Position numbers and translations under genes: made by a program. Shown piece by piece: positions 27,983 through 38,237 of a stretch of DNA of 64,000 nucleotides. Every line of letters starts with the position of its first letter. The stretch's first letter is position 1. Source of the stretch: a virus (Duplodnaviria > Caudoviricetes). The notes beneath the pieces are model-generated. The model worked only from the letters and a program-made list of their open reading frames with translations, ran no database searches and had not been told where the DNA came from. The stretch is taken from positions 7,679 to 71,678 of the IMG/VR virus record IMGVR_UViG_2885972705_000001, one strand, 5' to 3'.

Positions 27983-28318
27983 TCACATACCTAAGTCGCG
28001 CTCCAATCGGTACGCTTTCCTTCGGTTATCATCTGGTAGTGCGTCTACATACAGAGCCGTGCCCAAAGGGCTTTTAGACGAGGCGATTTCGCCAACCAGC
28101 CAGTGCGTAGACAGGGCGCGATTGAGACTGTCCAAATAGGCTTGTGGATCATCCAAACGACCTTGGGCATGAACTTCGTCACAAATTTTTTTAAGTTCAT
28201 TTCGTTGCGACGCCGAACAAGTATTATTTATTATCGCGACCGCCGCTGCCCTTAACAAATTTGATACTCGGACGATTTCCTGCGCGGTTAACTCGTTTCG
28301 CATTTGGTCTGAATCCAT
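27983..28318 (-). CDS. Hypothetical moron
   Basis: 111 aa, lower GC, followed by a terminator. Confidence 0.5.
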   Translation of the reverse strand: MDSDQMRNELTAQEIVRVSNLLRAAAVAIINNTCSASQRNELKKICDEVHAQGRLDDPQAYLDSLNRALSTHWLVGEIASSKSPLGTALYVDALPDDNRRKAYRLERDLGM

Positions 28319-28324
28319 CAGTGT

Positions 28325-29416
28325 CTACGTCTGCAATCCTGCCCTTTCAAACGCGAGCGGCTCAAGCACTTTCATCTGCTTTAGCGTCAGCGGCGCAAAG
28401 TTTCGATCAAGCTGCAGCTCGGCAAAGCGCTCCACAGTCAACCCACCCTCCCGGAAAAGCTTGGCCCGGACTGGGCCGATAGCAACGTCCTGGAACGAAG
28501 CTGGTTGCTGCTGGAGCCATTGGTAGTAATCCAGACTCGCACTTATCTGCTGGCCGCCATTGGCGCCAACCGACGCCCGGGTAGCGCCCTTGGCAAACAT
28601 CTCACTGAGTTTAGTCAGCAGAATGAACGTAGTGCGGCAGTTCGGGTGAAACGGTGGCCGCGGCCCGGAATCGACTGGGAACCGGCGCTTGTCCATCGAG
28701 CGGCATTGCTGGCTGGTCTTGCTATCCAGCGTGGCAATCATCTGGATCTCTTGCACGATGTCCGTATTGGCCTTGGCCACCTCCATCCGCGCCTGGGCCG
28801 ACACATGCTGAATCGCGGTGTGCACGATGGTGCTGGCGTTACGGTTTGTGGTCGCCAGGATGCCGTCTTTGTATCCGGCCGCCTTGGTACCGCGAATGTT
28901 GCGGATGATCTGGAAATTCGTCTGTCCTTCGAAGAAGCCTTGCCGGATCGTGCCGGTAACCCGCTCACGCTCTTCACCTGTCCAACCCTTGATAAAGGCC
29001 TTCAGCAGCTTCCCGCCGCCTGTGCCGCGCACACTCAACGGGTTTGTCAGGACAGCCGTGCGGATTGCGGCGGCCGTCGGCCCGACCACATCCAGCGATA
29101 CACCTACCGGCGCCGACCGGGCAAGGCTGGTCGCCTCAAACTGCGCCTCATAGTTGGCGATATCCACCAAGTCGAGGTTCAGTTGCGCGCTGTAGCGGTC
29201 AAAGATGCCCAGCAGCAGGCTATCCACTTCCTTCAACAGTGCTTCCAGGCGCTTCGTGTTGTACTCGGTCAGGTCCGATTGAGTCAGTCGGTCACGGATC
29301 GAGCGGTCAATCTCCTTGAGGAAGGGAGCGAACTTGCCCACCTCCCCGGCCTTGAGCTTTTCGAGGAAAACCGCGTGCCGGATGGTCGCGTCAAGGATTG
29401 CTTGGTTTGCCGCCAT
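28325..29416 (-). CDS. Minor head morphogenesis protein (MuF/SPP1 gp7-like)
   Basis: ATLDSKTSQQCRSMD, PPFHPNCRT. Confidence 0.88.
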   Translation of the reverse strand: MAANQAILDATIRHAVFLEKLKAGEVGKFAPFLKEIDRSIRDRLTQSDLTEYNTKRLEALLKEVDSLLLGIFDRYSAQLNLDLVDIANYEAQFEATSLARSAPVGVSLDVVGPTAAAIRTAVLTNPLSVRGTGGGKLLKAFIKGWTGEERERVTGTIRQGFFEGQTNFQIIRNIRGTKAAGYKDGILATTNRNASTIVHTAIQHVSAQARMEVAKANTDIVQEIQMIATLDSKTSQQCRSMDKRRFPVDSGPRPPFHPNCRTTFILLTKLSEMFAKGATRASVGANGGQQISASLDYYQWLQQQPASFQDVAIGPVRAKLFREGGLTVERFAELQLDRNFAPLTLKQMKVLEPLAFERAGLQT

Positions 29417-30809
29417 TCGTTTTGTCCTCATCGTCCAGGCCCAGGCCGTCACCCTGCTCTTCTAGCTCGCCGTCGATCTGCTGGTCAGTGCGCTCTGGCG
29501 CGATCAGGCCCAGTTTGCGCAGGTAAGCCCGCAGGTCAGCCTTGGCGAAGCCGCCGTTCTGCCACAAACCAACCAGGGCGGTGATCATTTGCGGATCAGC
29601 CGTCAGCTCGACGAACTCCTGATTGACCTGGTAGGCAACCTTCTTGTCGGCAATGCCCATATAGGTGCAGCACCACATAATGGCCCGCGTATAGGCTTCG
29701 CTGACATTGGCGACACAGCCGGCAAGGACAGATGTCGATGCCGACTGATCACCGCGGGACTCGGTGGCGGTCTTGGCCGCAAGTGAAGCCACCACCATCC
29801 GGGCGCCCAGCTCGATCATCATCTGGTTCTTGTCGGCCATGGCCTCCTTGACCAGCGTGTTCGGTGCCGGCTGCGCGTAACCGAAGGCACCACCAGCAGG
29901 CAAAAGCATCGGCGCGCGCGAACCGACATAAACCCCCTTCGCCTCTAGTAGCTTCACCCACTGCTCGGTCAGGCCGGAAATCCATGGTTGGGCCTGGCCG
30001 CACCAGAAGACGCTGTCTTCATAGTCGGCACTGTTCCGATAGTGGCCCAGGTTGATCATTGCTATGTCGTAGAGCGGCGACTCATCGATGCTCGGATCGT
30101 TGTTCTGCGCGCCGACGAAGGTGAATGGGATTTCCTTGAGACGCCCGGTGACGCCTTCCGGCCTGAACTCTTCGATGATCGCCAGCGGCCCGCCACCTTT
30201 CGGACCGGACCGACGCCAGACGCGGCAAACAAAGCCGTCGTCCTCCAGCGCCAGTTCCCGGTACTGCTCAGCTGTCTTGTAGCCAAACCCGTCCGGTATC
30301 TCCGGCGACTCCCGCAGCACCACTAGAGTCAGCACGCTATGACCATTCACCATTCCGGTGCGCCAGTTGATAATGTCTTCAGCGCAGTAGGACAGGATCA
30401 CCGAGTGCCCGCCGATGCCGTCGTCCTGGTGATAGTCGACGTAAAGACCGTGGCGACCAGCTTCAAGCACCTTTTCAAGCGTGCCCTGGGAGTGTTGATA
30501 AATGCTCACGCCGGAGCCGTTAGCGTTGTCTTGCAAGTACTCCAGCTTCTTCGGTACAGAGAGGGTCGGATCTTTGTGAAAGGCCAGACCCAGCAGCCCG
30601 TTACGGGTGTGCCCGGTTGCGTTCTTGAAAACTGCACGCTCTCGGTAAGCCCGGTTTCGGTCTTCGTTCTCCGGCGACTTGTCGTGTGCGTTGATGTACG
30701 GCAGCCGATCGACAACCCGGTGCTGGCCCGCACAAACGTCGCGAACGGTCGCCCAGCGATCCAGCACTGACGTGTATTCCGCTCGCTTGAAGGAGACGTC
30801 GTTGCTCAT
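29391..30809 (-). CDS. Portal protein (DUF4055-type)
   Basis: YRERAVFKNATGHT, IINWR, NLGHYRNSADYE; follows terL. Confidence 0.85.
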   Translation of the reverse strand: MSNDVSFKRAEYTSVLDRWATVRDVCAGQHRVVDRLPYINAHDKSPENEDRNRAYRERAVFKNATGHTRNGLLGLAFHKDPTLSVPKKLEYLQDNANGSGVSIYQHSQGTLEKVLEAGRHGLYVDYHQDDGIGGHSVILSYCAEDIINWRTGMVNGHSVLTLVVLRESPEIPDGFGYKTAEQYRELALEDDGFVCRVWRRSGPKGGGPLAIIEEFRPEGVTGRLKEIPFTFVGAQNNDPSIDESPLYDIAMINLGHYRNSADYEDSVFWCGQAQPWISGLTEQWVKLLEAKGVYVGSRAPMLLPAGGAFGYAQPAPNTLVKEAMADKNQMMIELGARMVVASLAAKTATESRGDQSASTSVLAGCVANVSEAYTRAIMWCCTYMGIADKKVAYQVNQEFVELTADPQMITALVGLWQNGGFAKADLRAYLRKLGLIAPERTDQQIDGELEEQGDGLGLDDEDKTNGGKPSNP

Positions 30810-32293
30810 CGGGCGTATCCCATTTTGATAGAGGTAGCCGGCTTCCTGGCACTCTTCGCCACCGCGAAGTACCGGAATCCATCAGACCCGTGTGAGGTCC
30901 AGTCATGAAGTGGTTTGTCTTTCCAGCAGCCGCGTTTGTCATCCCACTCTTTTCGGTAGTTTTCGATGCAGTTGATCCCCTGTTCGCACTTCGCCTCATC
31001 GAACACACAGAGCGGAAGAACCTCCCGCGCCGCTTCGATGCCGTCGCTGATGCCAATTTTCGGGACTACGTCGAACGTCATGCTGTAAATCTGCCCATCG
31101 ATCTCGTAGCCCTCTTGGGCCAACTCCCGGCGAGTCTTGGCATCACTGCCGAACTCCCGGTTATCAATGTCGTGCGGCCCCCAGTGCTCAGAGTACGTGT
31201 AACCCTTGTCCTTGAGCACCTTCATGTAATGGCGCAGGCCTTCGCCGCTGTTCTCGTAGTAATCGATGACGTGAAACTCTTCACCGACCTGACGCACGAA
31301 CCAGATGGCCGTGGAGTCGCCGACGCCGATGTCCCAGAAGGTCATCACCGGCAGGTGGCTGTTGTTCGGTATCACGCCGATGCGCTGTTGCGCGTAGAGC
31401 TTGGTCAACTGCTGGGCGTAGTAGGCGCCCTCGACCGACTGCTGGAAGGCCTCGACCGGGATCGAAGGGTATTCCCGCTTCATGTCGTCGCCGAGCGTCT
31501 TCTCCTTGGCCGCGTACCAAGCGCGCTGGCCGTCATTGGTGACGATGCCGTGCTTGGCGTGCAGTTCGTTGAAGTAGTCAGTCAGGCGCTGCGGGATGAC
31601 CACGTCGGTCGGTTCAAGCCAATAGGCCTTGTTCTTCCACCAGGAGAAGAAGAAAAACTTCCAATCCAGCAGGCCCAGGGGCACACCAGCCAGTTGCTGG
31701 CGTTCCGCGCTCTGCGAGTAATCGAAGAAGTAGCCCGCCCTGCCCTCCGCCGTCGACTCAATCGTGACGAAGCAATCGGTGGCGACAGCCTCGAAGGCGC
31801 CGGTGACGATCTCTCGGGCCTTGTGGGGAAACTTGGCACAGATCTTCCCGAACTCGGATACGTGCAGATACCGTAGAGTCCCGCCCCGGAAGGATGTGGA
31901 CACGTAGAGCGATCCGCCCTTGCTGAACACAAGCTCACCAGCAGCATCGTTAGAAGCAGGATTGGCGGCGCGTATCTCAGGAGGCAGGTTGTCATAGGCA
32001 TATTTGACCTTCTCCCGGAACAGCCGCTTGGCGTCGTTGAGGGTGTGAGCGATCAGGGCGCACTTGGCCGACTCGAACAGCGCCGCATCCAGCTGGATGA
32101 TGCAGCACTCGGTGGTGAAGCCGAGCTGCCGGGCCTTCAAGATGATATTGCGGGTGTGCATCCCTTCGAAGTATTCGATCTGCTCGTCCGTCATCCGGAA
32201 GCGGACTTTCTTGCCCTGCTTGTCCGTGATGAAGTAGAGGTTGTTCAGTCGCCAGTACTTGTCCCGGAGCAGCTTCAAGTGCTCGGGCTTCAT
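30806..32293 (-). CDS. Terminase large subunit
   Basis: ILKARQLGFTT Walker A, LHVSE Walker B, ESTAEG, WDIG, SHGSDGFRY. Confidence 0.95.
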   Translation of the reverse strand: MKPEHLKLLRDKYWRLNNLYFITDKQGKKVRFRMTDEQIEYFEGMHTRNIILKARQLGFTTECCIIQLDAALFESAKCALIAHTLNDAKRLFREKVKYAYDNLPPEIRAANPASNDAAGELVFSKGGSLYVSTSFRGGTLRYLHVSEFGKICAKFPHKAREIVTGAFEAVATDCFVTIESTAEGRAGYFFDYSQSAERQQLAGVPLGLLDWKFFFFSWWKNKAYWLEPTDVVIPQRLTDYFNELHAKHGIVTNDGQRAWYAAKEKTLGDDMKREYPSIPVEAFQQSVEGAYYAQQLTKLYAQQRIGVIPNNSHLPVMTFWDIGVGDSTAIWFVRQVGEEFHVIDYYENSGEGLRHYMKVLKDKGYTYSEHWGPHDIDNREFGSDAKTRRELAQEGYEIDGQIYSMTFDVVPKIGISDGIEAAREVLPLCVFDEAKCEQGINCIENYRKEWDDKRGCWKDKPLHDWTSHGSDGFRYFAVAKSARKPATSIKMGYAR

Positions 32294-32294
32294 G

Positions 32295-32903
32295 TCAGGC
32301 TTCCTTCGATAGATCGTCCATCAGTTTCGAGAGCGCGTCGGCGTCGCTGTTGCCGGCTTTGGTGTCGAGGTCGTAGGCCTGGCGCTCCAGGGCAACCAGC
32401 GTCTTCAGGGTTTCGGCCAGTTCCTTCATGGTCTTGGTTCGGCCCGGCAGGCTGATCACCTTGCCATACAGGTCATTGCGCTTATCGAAGCCGTTGTCGT
32501 CCGGGTCGCGCATCAGCTCGCCCAGCTCCTCGAACAACTCTCGGTTGTCGGTCAGGCCTTCCAGCTCATCCAGCAGCTTGTTGGTGAGTCGCCGGCTGCG
32601 AGAGATGTCTCCTCGGTGAGCCATGCGGATGTTCGCAATGACCTCGGCGTTGACCTCAATGATCTCTCTTTCGGTATCCGCCTGTTTGGTGGATACCTCA
32701 GTGGATACCGTGCGTTTGGATACCAGTGCATCGGCCTTGGCCTGGATCTTTGCCTTGAGGTCGCGCTCCCATCCATCACGCTTTGCGCGCTTGTTGATTG
32801 CGCCGTGGGTGATGCCCTGGGTTGAGGCGATCTCTCGGATGGATAGCAGCCCGGCCCGGTAGGCGCGCTCGATTGCCTCCCAGTCGGGATGCTTTATAGT
32901 CAT
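32295..32903 (-). CDS. Terminase small subunit
   Basis: PDWEAIERAYRAG.LSIREIA HTH; LERQAYDL. Confidence 0.85.
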   Translation of the reverse strand: MTIKHPDWEAIERAYRAGLLSIREIASTQGITHGAINKRAKRDGWERDLKAKIQAKADALVSKRTVSTEVSTKQADTEREIIEVNAEVIANIRMAHRGDISRSRRLTNKLLDELEGLTDNRELFEELGELMRDPDDNGFDKRNDLYGKVISLPGRTKTMKELAETLKTLVALERQAYDLDTKAGNSDADALSKLMDDLSKEA

Positions 32904-32970
32904 ATCTATTCCAAGTTAATTTCGAGCAAGTCGGCCCTATTTATGTATAACGAACCCTGTGGAGAGCTTT

Positions 32971-33303
32971 ATGGAAAAGGCAACTGAAGACGAACTGCTC
33001 AACTCGGCGCGAGATTACGTAGCAGCCAATATGTACCTCGGTAGAAAAGGTGAAAAGCGGGAATCAGTAAAAGCCCATGCAAAAGAGAGGCTGACCCAAT
33101 CTTCTGAGCTGCTTCAGCAGAATGGCTTTTTGCCGCATCTGCGCAGTAACGTTCCGCCCGGAGCTGATCCGTCAAACTACCTTGCATCGCTTGGCGGCGT
33201 TCAGGACGTATTAATTCCGCATGGCAAAGACAACAAAGCCATAAGGGTGAACGGGAATTCAGCTTGGGAGATTTGCAGAAAGCTTTACTTGGGGAGTTTG
33301 TAG
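32971..33303 (+). CDS. Hypothetical moron
   Basis: Antisense ORF with GGAG RBS. Confidence 0.5.
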   Translation: MEKATEDELLNSARDYVAANMYLGRKGEKRESVKAHAKERLTQSSELLQQNGFLPHLRSNVPPGADPSNYLASLGGVQDVLIPHGKDNKAIRVNGNSAWEICRKLYLGSL

Positions 33304-33420
33304 CCTCTCAAGGTTTTGTTGACTTCCAGACTCATCGGAATCGCGCGGCCTAGGCGGGTGACATTGCTCACCTTCAAAAGCTCGCGCCACGATTTGACAA
33401 GCTCGAAAACGTGGCGCGCC

Positions 33421-33765
33421 TCACTCGGCTCGACGCTCTAAACCGCTTAGTTCCTTGTCACAGTGCAGGCAGTGCTCGCAGTTCAGCGTCCGGCAAAGCC
33501 ACACCTTCACCCGCTGCCAGTAAGTGACCATGAAGATGTGGCGAGCACCGGCCAGGGCCAAGGCGACATGCAACGTCAGCCCGGCAGTGGTCGGTCCGAA
33601 GAAGATGCTCTGGCTGCGTACCATCACAACGAAACCGGTGATGGCGATCGTCGAGTAGATCAGCTTCCCGAGGATGCCGTCCCTCACCTTCCCGCTCAGT
33701 ACGCACCAAGCTGCCCACAGCGCGATAAGGCCGCAGGCGATGGAGTTGATCAGTTCAAGATTCAT
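33421..33765 (-). CDS. Membrane protein, holin-like/holin accessory
   Basis: Three TM segments; coupled to the upstream holin. Confidence 0.6.
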   Translation of the reverse strand: MNLELINSIACGLIALWAAWCVLSGKVRDGILGKLIYSTIAITGFVVMVRSQSIFFGPTTAGLTLHVALALAGARHIFMVTYWQRVKVWLCRTLNCEHCLHCDKELSGLERRAE

Positions 33766-34097
33766 GGGTTGCCTCCCCCGAACCGCTGGCGGATGAGCGC
33801 CCAAAGGTCAGCGGATTTGATGGCTCGATTGATTGCCGCCAGAAGCGAGCCACCGAAGGCTCCCAGTAGGAAGCCGATGCCAGCGACGATCTTCGGCTCG
33901 GTCACGCCCAGGTAGCTGCTGACCATGCTCGTCAGGTAGATCGAGCAGGCCACACCGGTGATTAGGAAGATCACCCAGGCTCGCCAGTCGCCCAGGTCGT
34001 CCTTGTGCCACCAGCTGGCGATCACCGCCCCAACGAGGCCCGCAATCAGCAATTCGAACCTGTCGATCTTGTCGAGCAGGCGCTGCAAATACTCCAT
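33762..34097 (-). CDS. Phage holin
   Basis: Three TM segments, GFLLGAFGGSL, near the start of the late operon. Confidence 0.75.
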   Translation of the reverse strand: MEYLQRLLDKIDRFELLIAGLVGAVIASWWHKDDLGDWRAWVIFLITGVACSIYLTSMVSSYLGVTEPKIVAGIGFLLGAFGGSLLAAINRAIKSADLWALIRQRFGGGNP

Positions 34098-34384
34098 GCG
34101 CTCGACTCCGTGGGGCATGTTTGAAATAAGTCAGCCCCAGCAGCACTCCCAGCTCGGAGCAATGGGTGTGGTGGGGCCGAAAACGAAAAGGCCCCGATCA
34201 ATGTCGAGGCCCTGAATAGGTGTGCGCGTCTTTCCGCGCTGTCTGCCGACGCCACCCTGGAAGTCAGGTTTGAACAGGGCGCACGGGCTGCCGGTATTTT
34301 TCCGTAGCGCTGCACTACCGGCTTATCAGCGTTCAGGCATCCCCCGAAGGGCGACCCTGGCTGTGTCGAGCCTGAATCAGAAAT

Positions 34385-34412
34385 GAAAAAGCCCAGCGCG
34401 ACGGCTGGGCTC
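34385..34412. terminator. Intrinsic terminator after the beta-propeller gene
   Basis: AGCCCAGC-GCGACG-GCTGGGCT with flanking A-run. Confidence 0.65.
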
Positions 34413-34434
34413 TGTTACGCAGGGTGGTAGAAGA

Positions 34435-35397
34435 TCATGGAGTCCAGTAAGCAATCTTACCGCCTGCACCAACAGCTACAAAATTGCCGTTGCCGTATGC
34501 GACGCTCCGGATATCGGTTCCTGCGAAAGTGTTGGTTTGCTGAACCCAGCCAATCCCATCCTCGGAAACGGCTGTCTTGCCGCCGTCGCCGACAGCTACA
34601 TACTTGCCATTACCGTAAGCAATGTCGCGGATGATGCTTCCACCGAAACTGGTATCTCCAACGGCAGTCCAGCTAAGCCCATCGGATGAATATGCCATCT
34701 TGCCATCCGCACCAACGATAAACATTTTCCCGTTGCATAGCTTCATGGAAAGGATGGTGCTAGTGCCGAAGGTGCTGGGCCTGGCCGCGAATGATTGGGG
34801 ATTACCCGTCGCCATCTTCACAGCGCTAAGCAGCTTCCCATTCGATCCCGCAACCAACACAAAAACGCCAATGACGTTGACGCAGTACACAGTCTCGTCA
34901 GAAGTGAAGGTCGTAGTGCGCTCCACCTGGCCTGACCAATCGCCATAACGGGAAAAGACTTTACCGTTAGACCCAACCAGTATCCAGGTCGCGTCGCTGC
35001 CGGAAATTGGCTGATAATACACAATGCCTTGCAAATCTCCGGACACGCGAACAGTTGCCGTAATGTTTGTCCAAGCCCTTTCAGGGCGTGCTGTGCTGCC
35101 GTAGACCACATTGCCGGATTGAGAAAGGGCTTGAAGCTGTGTCCCAAGACCGTTCCAGTACAGATCGTTGAGGACCTTTCCGCTATCAGAGGTGACGACG
35201 TCCTTAAGCTTGGTCCACGCTGTACCAGTCGCGCCTCCGCTGACAAGCTGAGTGGTTGTGGGAAGACCGTTGCCACCAGCCGCATAAAACTTGCCGTCCC
35301 CAAAAACCACGCGCCTAAGCATGCCGGTGTTATCCACCGGTTGCACTTGGGTCCAAAGATCTTGCAAGGTTTGAGACGCCGAATTTGCGTTTTCCAT
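34435..35397 (-). CDS. Beta-propeller (BNR/YVTN-like repeat) protein
   Basis: Repeats IAYGNGKYVAVGDGGK, VAYGNGNFVAVGAGGK, SSDGLSW. Confidence 0.75.
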   Translation of the reverse strand: MENANSASQTLQDLWTQVQPVDNTGMLRRVVFGDGKFYAAGGNGLPTTTQLVSGGATGTAWTKLKDVVTSDSGKVLNDLYWNGLGTQLQALSQSGNVVYGSTARPERAWTNITATVRVSGDLQGIVYYQPISGSDATWILVGSNGKVFSRYGDWSGQVERTTTFTSDETVYCVNVIGVFVLVAGSNGKLLSAVKMATGNPQSFAARPSTFGTSTILSMKLCNGKMFIVGADGKMAYSSDGLSWTAVGDTSFGGSIIRDIAYGNGKYVAVGDGGKTAVSEDGIGWVQQTNTFAGTDIRSVAYGNGNFVAVGAGGKIAYWTP

Positions 35398-35408
35398 TTT
35401 AAACTCCG

Positions 35409-35591
35409 TTACTTAGCTGATTTAAGTTCAGGCCTCTGTATTGGGCGTATGGCGCTCATGGGCGATTGCTCGAGGCTCGTGGCCTTCACATGATTCAACG
35501 TCCCACATCGGGAACACTTGATCTGGAGCTCTGTAAACCCACCCGTGCGGGCGAGAAGTCTTTTGCAGTTACCGCATCTGAATTCTTTCAA
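35409..35591 (-). CDS. Mu Com-like zinc-finger regulator
   Basis: RCGNCKRLLA...LQIKCSRCGTLN; TTG start uncertain (35591 or 35600). Confidence 0.8.
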   Translation of the reverse strand: MKEFRCGNCKRLLARTGGFTELQIKCSRCGTLNHVKATSLEQSPMSAIRPIQRPELKSAK

Positions 35592-35960
35592 AATCCGCAA
35601 ATTCCTTTTGCTAAATCGCCCTTTATTTGGGCAATAAAAAACCCGACTCACTGGCCGGGTTTTTGGTATCAATCTCGATACGCGCAAGATCGACATGATG
35701 GGTAAATAGTCTCTCACTTTCTCACTCGAAGCAACAACTGTTTGCCGTCATATGCCTTTTGGGTTGCCACTGACAGTTGAACCCACGTTTTTCGAGTAGT
35801 GAATGCGGACAGCCTTGGGAAACCATTCGTACCCGCACGAACTCACCCTCACCACCAACCCCACACCGCGTAAAGCTATGAACGTCATAGACAAATGCAG
35901 TCGTAGCGGTGCGGAGCATCTGATACCTTCTTAAAATAGACGTTCCAAGCGAGGGTTATC

Positions 35961-37742
35961 ATGGACGCCAAAGGCCCAGTGCTAGATCTGGATTACGAAG
36001 CGATACGCTTAGGTCGAGTGGCGGAGCTATGTCCTCACGATGACCAGACGGACGATGTCTTCGAAAAAATAATCGCCATGACTTCGGAATACTTCAACGT
36101 CCCGATCGCTCTGATTTCAATCGTAGGCGAACACGAACAGTGGTTCAGGGCTCGGATAGGAATAGATGAGAAATCAACTCCCCGCGACGTATCATTCTGC
36201 GCCCATTCTTTGCTTGATAAAGAACCGTTAGAGATTCTGGATGCAAGAACGGACGAACGCTTCAAAGACAACCCTATGGTGGCCGGCCCTCCGTACATAA
36301 GATATTACGCTGGCGCACCACTGCTGACAGACGACGGGTTCTCACTTGGCAGCCTTTGCATAATTGACACTCTTCCCAGAGTTGCGATGAACAGCCGAGA
36401 CGCAAGAATGCTCGTTCATCTATCTGAACTCGTGATCATGCGTGCCATGGGGTTACGGTCTCGCAACTACATCGATCAACCTACAGGCCTATTCAATCGC
36501 CTTCGACTGGAGGAAGATATACGACAGGTCAGTAATAGTGGAACAGCGCACAACCTTTATGCTGTAGATGTGATCTCGCCTAAATTCCTAAATGATGTAG
36601 TTAAAGCACTCGGATACAGCTTTTCACAAAACCTGATGCTGAACGTCAAAGCTCGCTTGCGTTCCCTAATACCAAAACAATGCATTCTGTACAAAATTAG
36701 CCCCACACGTTTTGGCTTTCTTCTTAATGCAGAAGATCCAATCGAAAGCCTGTGTATGAAAATACTTTCAAGCTTTGACGAACCGGTTGATTGCCAGGGA
36801 ATTCCCATCTTAATGCAGACTGGAATAGGTGTATTACACATTGGCGATCCAAAGGAAAGAGACTGGCTACGTCTTGTGGTCGGCGCTGCCGATGACGCCA
36901 GGGTTAGAAATCTAGGCTGGGCTTTGTATCAACCTGAGCTGGATGCTGCGCAAAAACGAGCGTTTGTGCTCCTAAGCTCATTGTCAGAGGCTGTCCGCTC
37001 GACTAACCAATTCAACTTAGTATTTCATCCAAAAATCAATTTGCCGGATTACTCTTGCGCAAGTGCTGAAGCACTGATTCGTTGGGACCACCCTACCCTT
37101 GGCCCTATCGGTCCGGCAGAGTTTATACCTCTGGCTGAAAAAACTGCACTAATGCGATCTATAACCTTTTGGGTGCTTGATGCGGTTACAGCGCAGGCAA
37201 AGGAATGGAAAAACAAAGGAATAAGATTAAGAATCGCAATGAACGTAACTGTCGGCGACCTTGAAAACTCAAAATTCGTGGATCGAATTGTAGAACTCAT
37301 AGACGAAAGCGAACTTGACCCAAAAGCATTAGAGCTTGAGTTCACTGAAAGTATACTTATGACGGACCCCAAGACCGTACTAGCTCAGTTAGAGCGCGCG
37401 AGAGGACTGGGCATTGAAGTATCTATAGACGACTTTGGTACTGGATACAGCAACTGGTCGTACCTGAGACAGCTTCCAGTTAACACAGTTAAGCTCGATC
37501 AATCACTCATCAACAACCTCAGTACAAATGAAAAAGACAAACGACTCGTTAAGACGCTGATCGAGCTCGCTAAAGGGCTAGGGTATAGGGTTGTAGCAGA
37601 GGGCGTTGAAACGGAAAAGACCCTTTCCTTGATTAGCCGGTGGGGCTGCACAGAAGCCCAAGGTTACTTGATCACTAAACCTCTGAGCGCGGCGCTACTG
37701 ACCGAGTGGTTGGAACAGGGAGGCTTTCGGCCCGCGCTCTGA
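35961..37742 (+). CDS. GAF + degenerate GGDEF + EAL c-di-GMP phosphodiesterase
   Basis: SFCAH and IRYYAGAPL (GAF); SPTRF in place of GGDEF; AEALIRW, ELEFTE, IDDFGTGYS, AEGVE, QGYL. Confidence 0.92.
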   Translation: MDAKGPVLDLDYEAIRLGRVAELCPHDDQTDDVFEKIIAMTSEYFNVPIALISIVGEHEQWFRARIGIDEKSTPRDVSFCAHSLLDKEPLEILDARTDERFKDNPMVAGPPYIRYYAGAPLLTDDGFSLGSLCIIDTLPRVAMNSRDARMLVHLSELVIMRAMGLRSRNYIDQPTGLFNRLRLEEDIRQVSNSGTAHNLYAVDVISPKFLNDVVKALGYSFSQNLMLNVKARLRSLIPKQCILYKISPTRFGFLLNAEDPIESLCMKILSSFDEPVDCQGIPILMQTGIGVLHIGDPKERDWLRLVVGAADDARVRNLGWALYQPELDAAQKRAFVLLSSLSEAVRSTNQFNLVFHPKINLPDYSCASAEALIRWDHPTLGPIGPAEFIPLAEKTALMRSITFWVLDAVTAQAKEWKNKGIRLRIAMNVTVGDLENSKFVDRIVELIDESELDPKALELEFTESILMTDPKTVLAQLERARGLGIEVSIDDFGTGYSNWSYLRQLPVNTVKLDQSLINNLSTNEKDKRLVKTLIELAKGLGYRVVAEGVETEKTLSLISRWGCTEAQGYLITKPLSAALLTEWLEQGGFRPAL

Positions 37743-37922
37743 CAAGACAAGAGAGCGAGATGTGGCCAAGAGGGGTGGGAGTCAGCGATCTCCCAACGCA
37801 CACACAGCGCGCCCATCCAGTGGACAATGTTAGTGCCCTCCGAGCTCAACGTTGAGCACCTTCAGTTTTCGGTCTAGTTTTACTAAACCCAATCAGGGAC
37901 GACTGAAAACAGGGGATAGGAC

Positions 37923-38159
37923 ATGTGTAGATGCAAGAACCTATTGGTTGCGGCGATTCTGGCAGCGGGAATGATGTCCCATGCAATCACGGCTAATGCC
38001 GAGGGGGATGTAGCCAGAGACGTTAGGACTGATATGCGCGATGCAGACAAAGATGCTGATCGGGCCGGCCATGATATAGACAAAGAATCTAAGCATCTGG
38101 AGAAGGAGCGGCACAAGGGGGACCGCCACGTAGACAAAGAGGTGAAGAAAGACATTTAG
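37923..38159 (+). CDS. Small exported charged protein
   Basis: Signal peptide followed by D/K/R-rich repeats. Confidence 0.5.
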   Translation: MCRCKNLLVAAILAAGMMSHAITANAEGDVARDVRTDMRDADKDADRAGHDIDKESKHLEKERHKGDRHVDKEVKKDI

Positions 38160-38237
38160 CCATGACTGCCATTTCGGCGGGCAGCTCCGACTTCAGCTCC
38201 CGCCCCACCCAAATAGCGATCTTGAAAACGCCTTATC

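Noticed and set aside
17812-31876. Long antisense or alternate-frame ORFs (e.g. 17812-18924, 20090-21331, 26148-27299, 28505-29584, 30905-31876)
   Set aside because: Shadows of GC-rich structural genes, with no recognisable motifs
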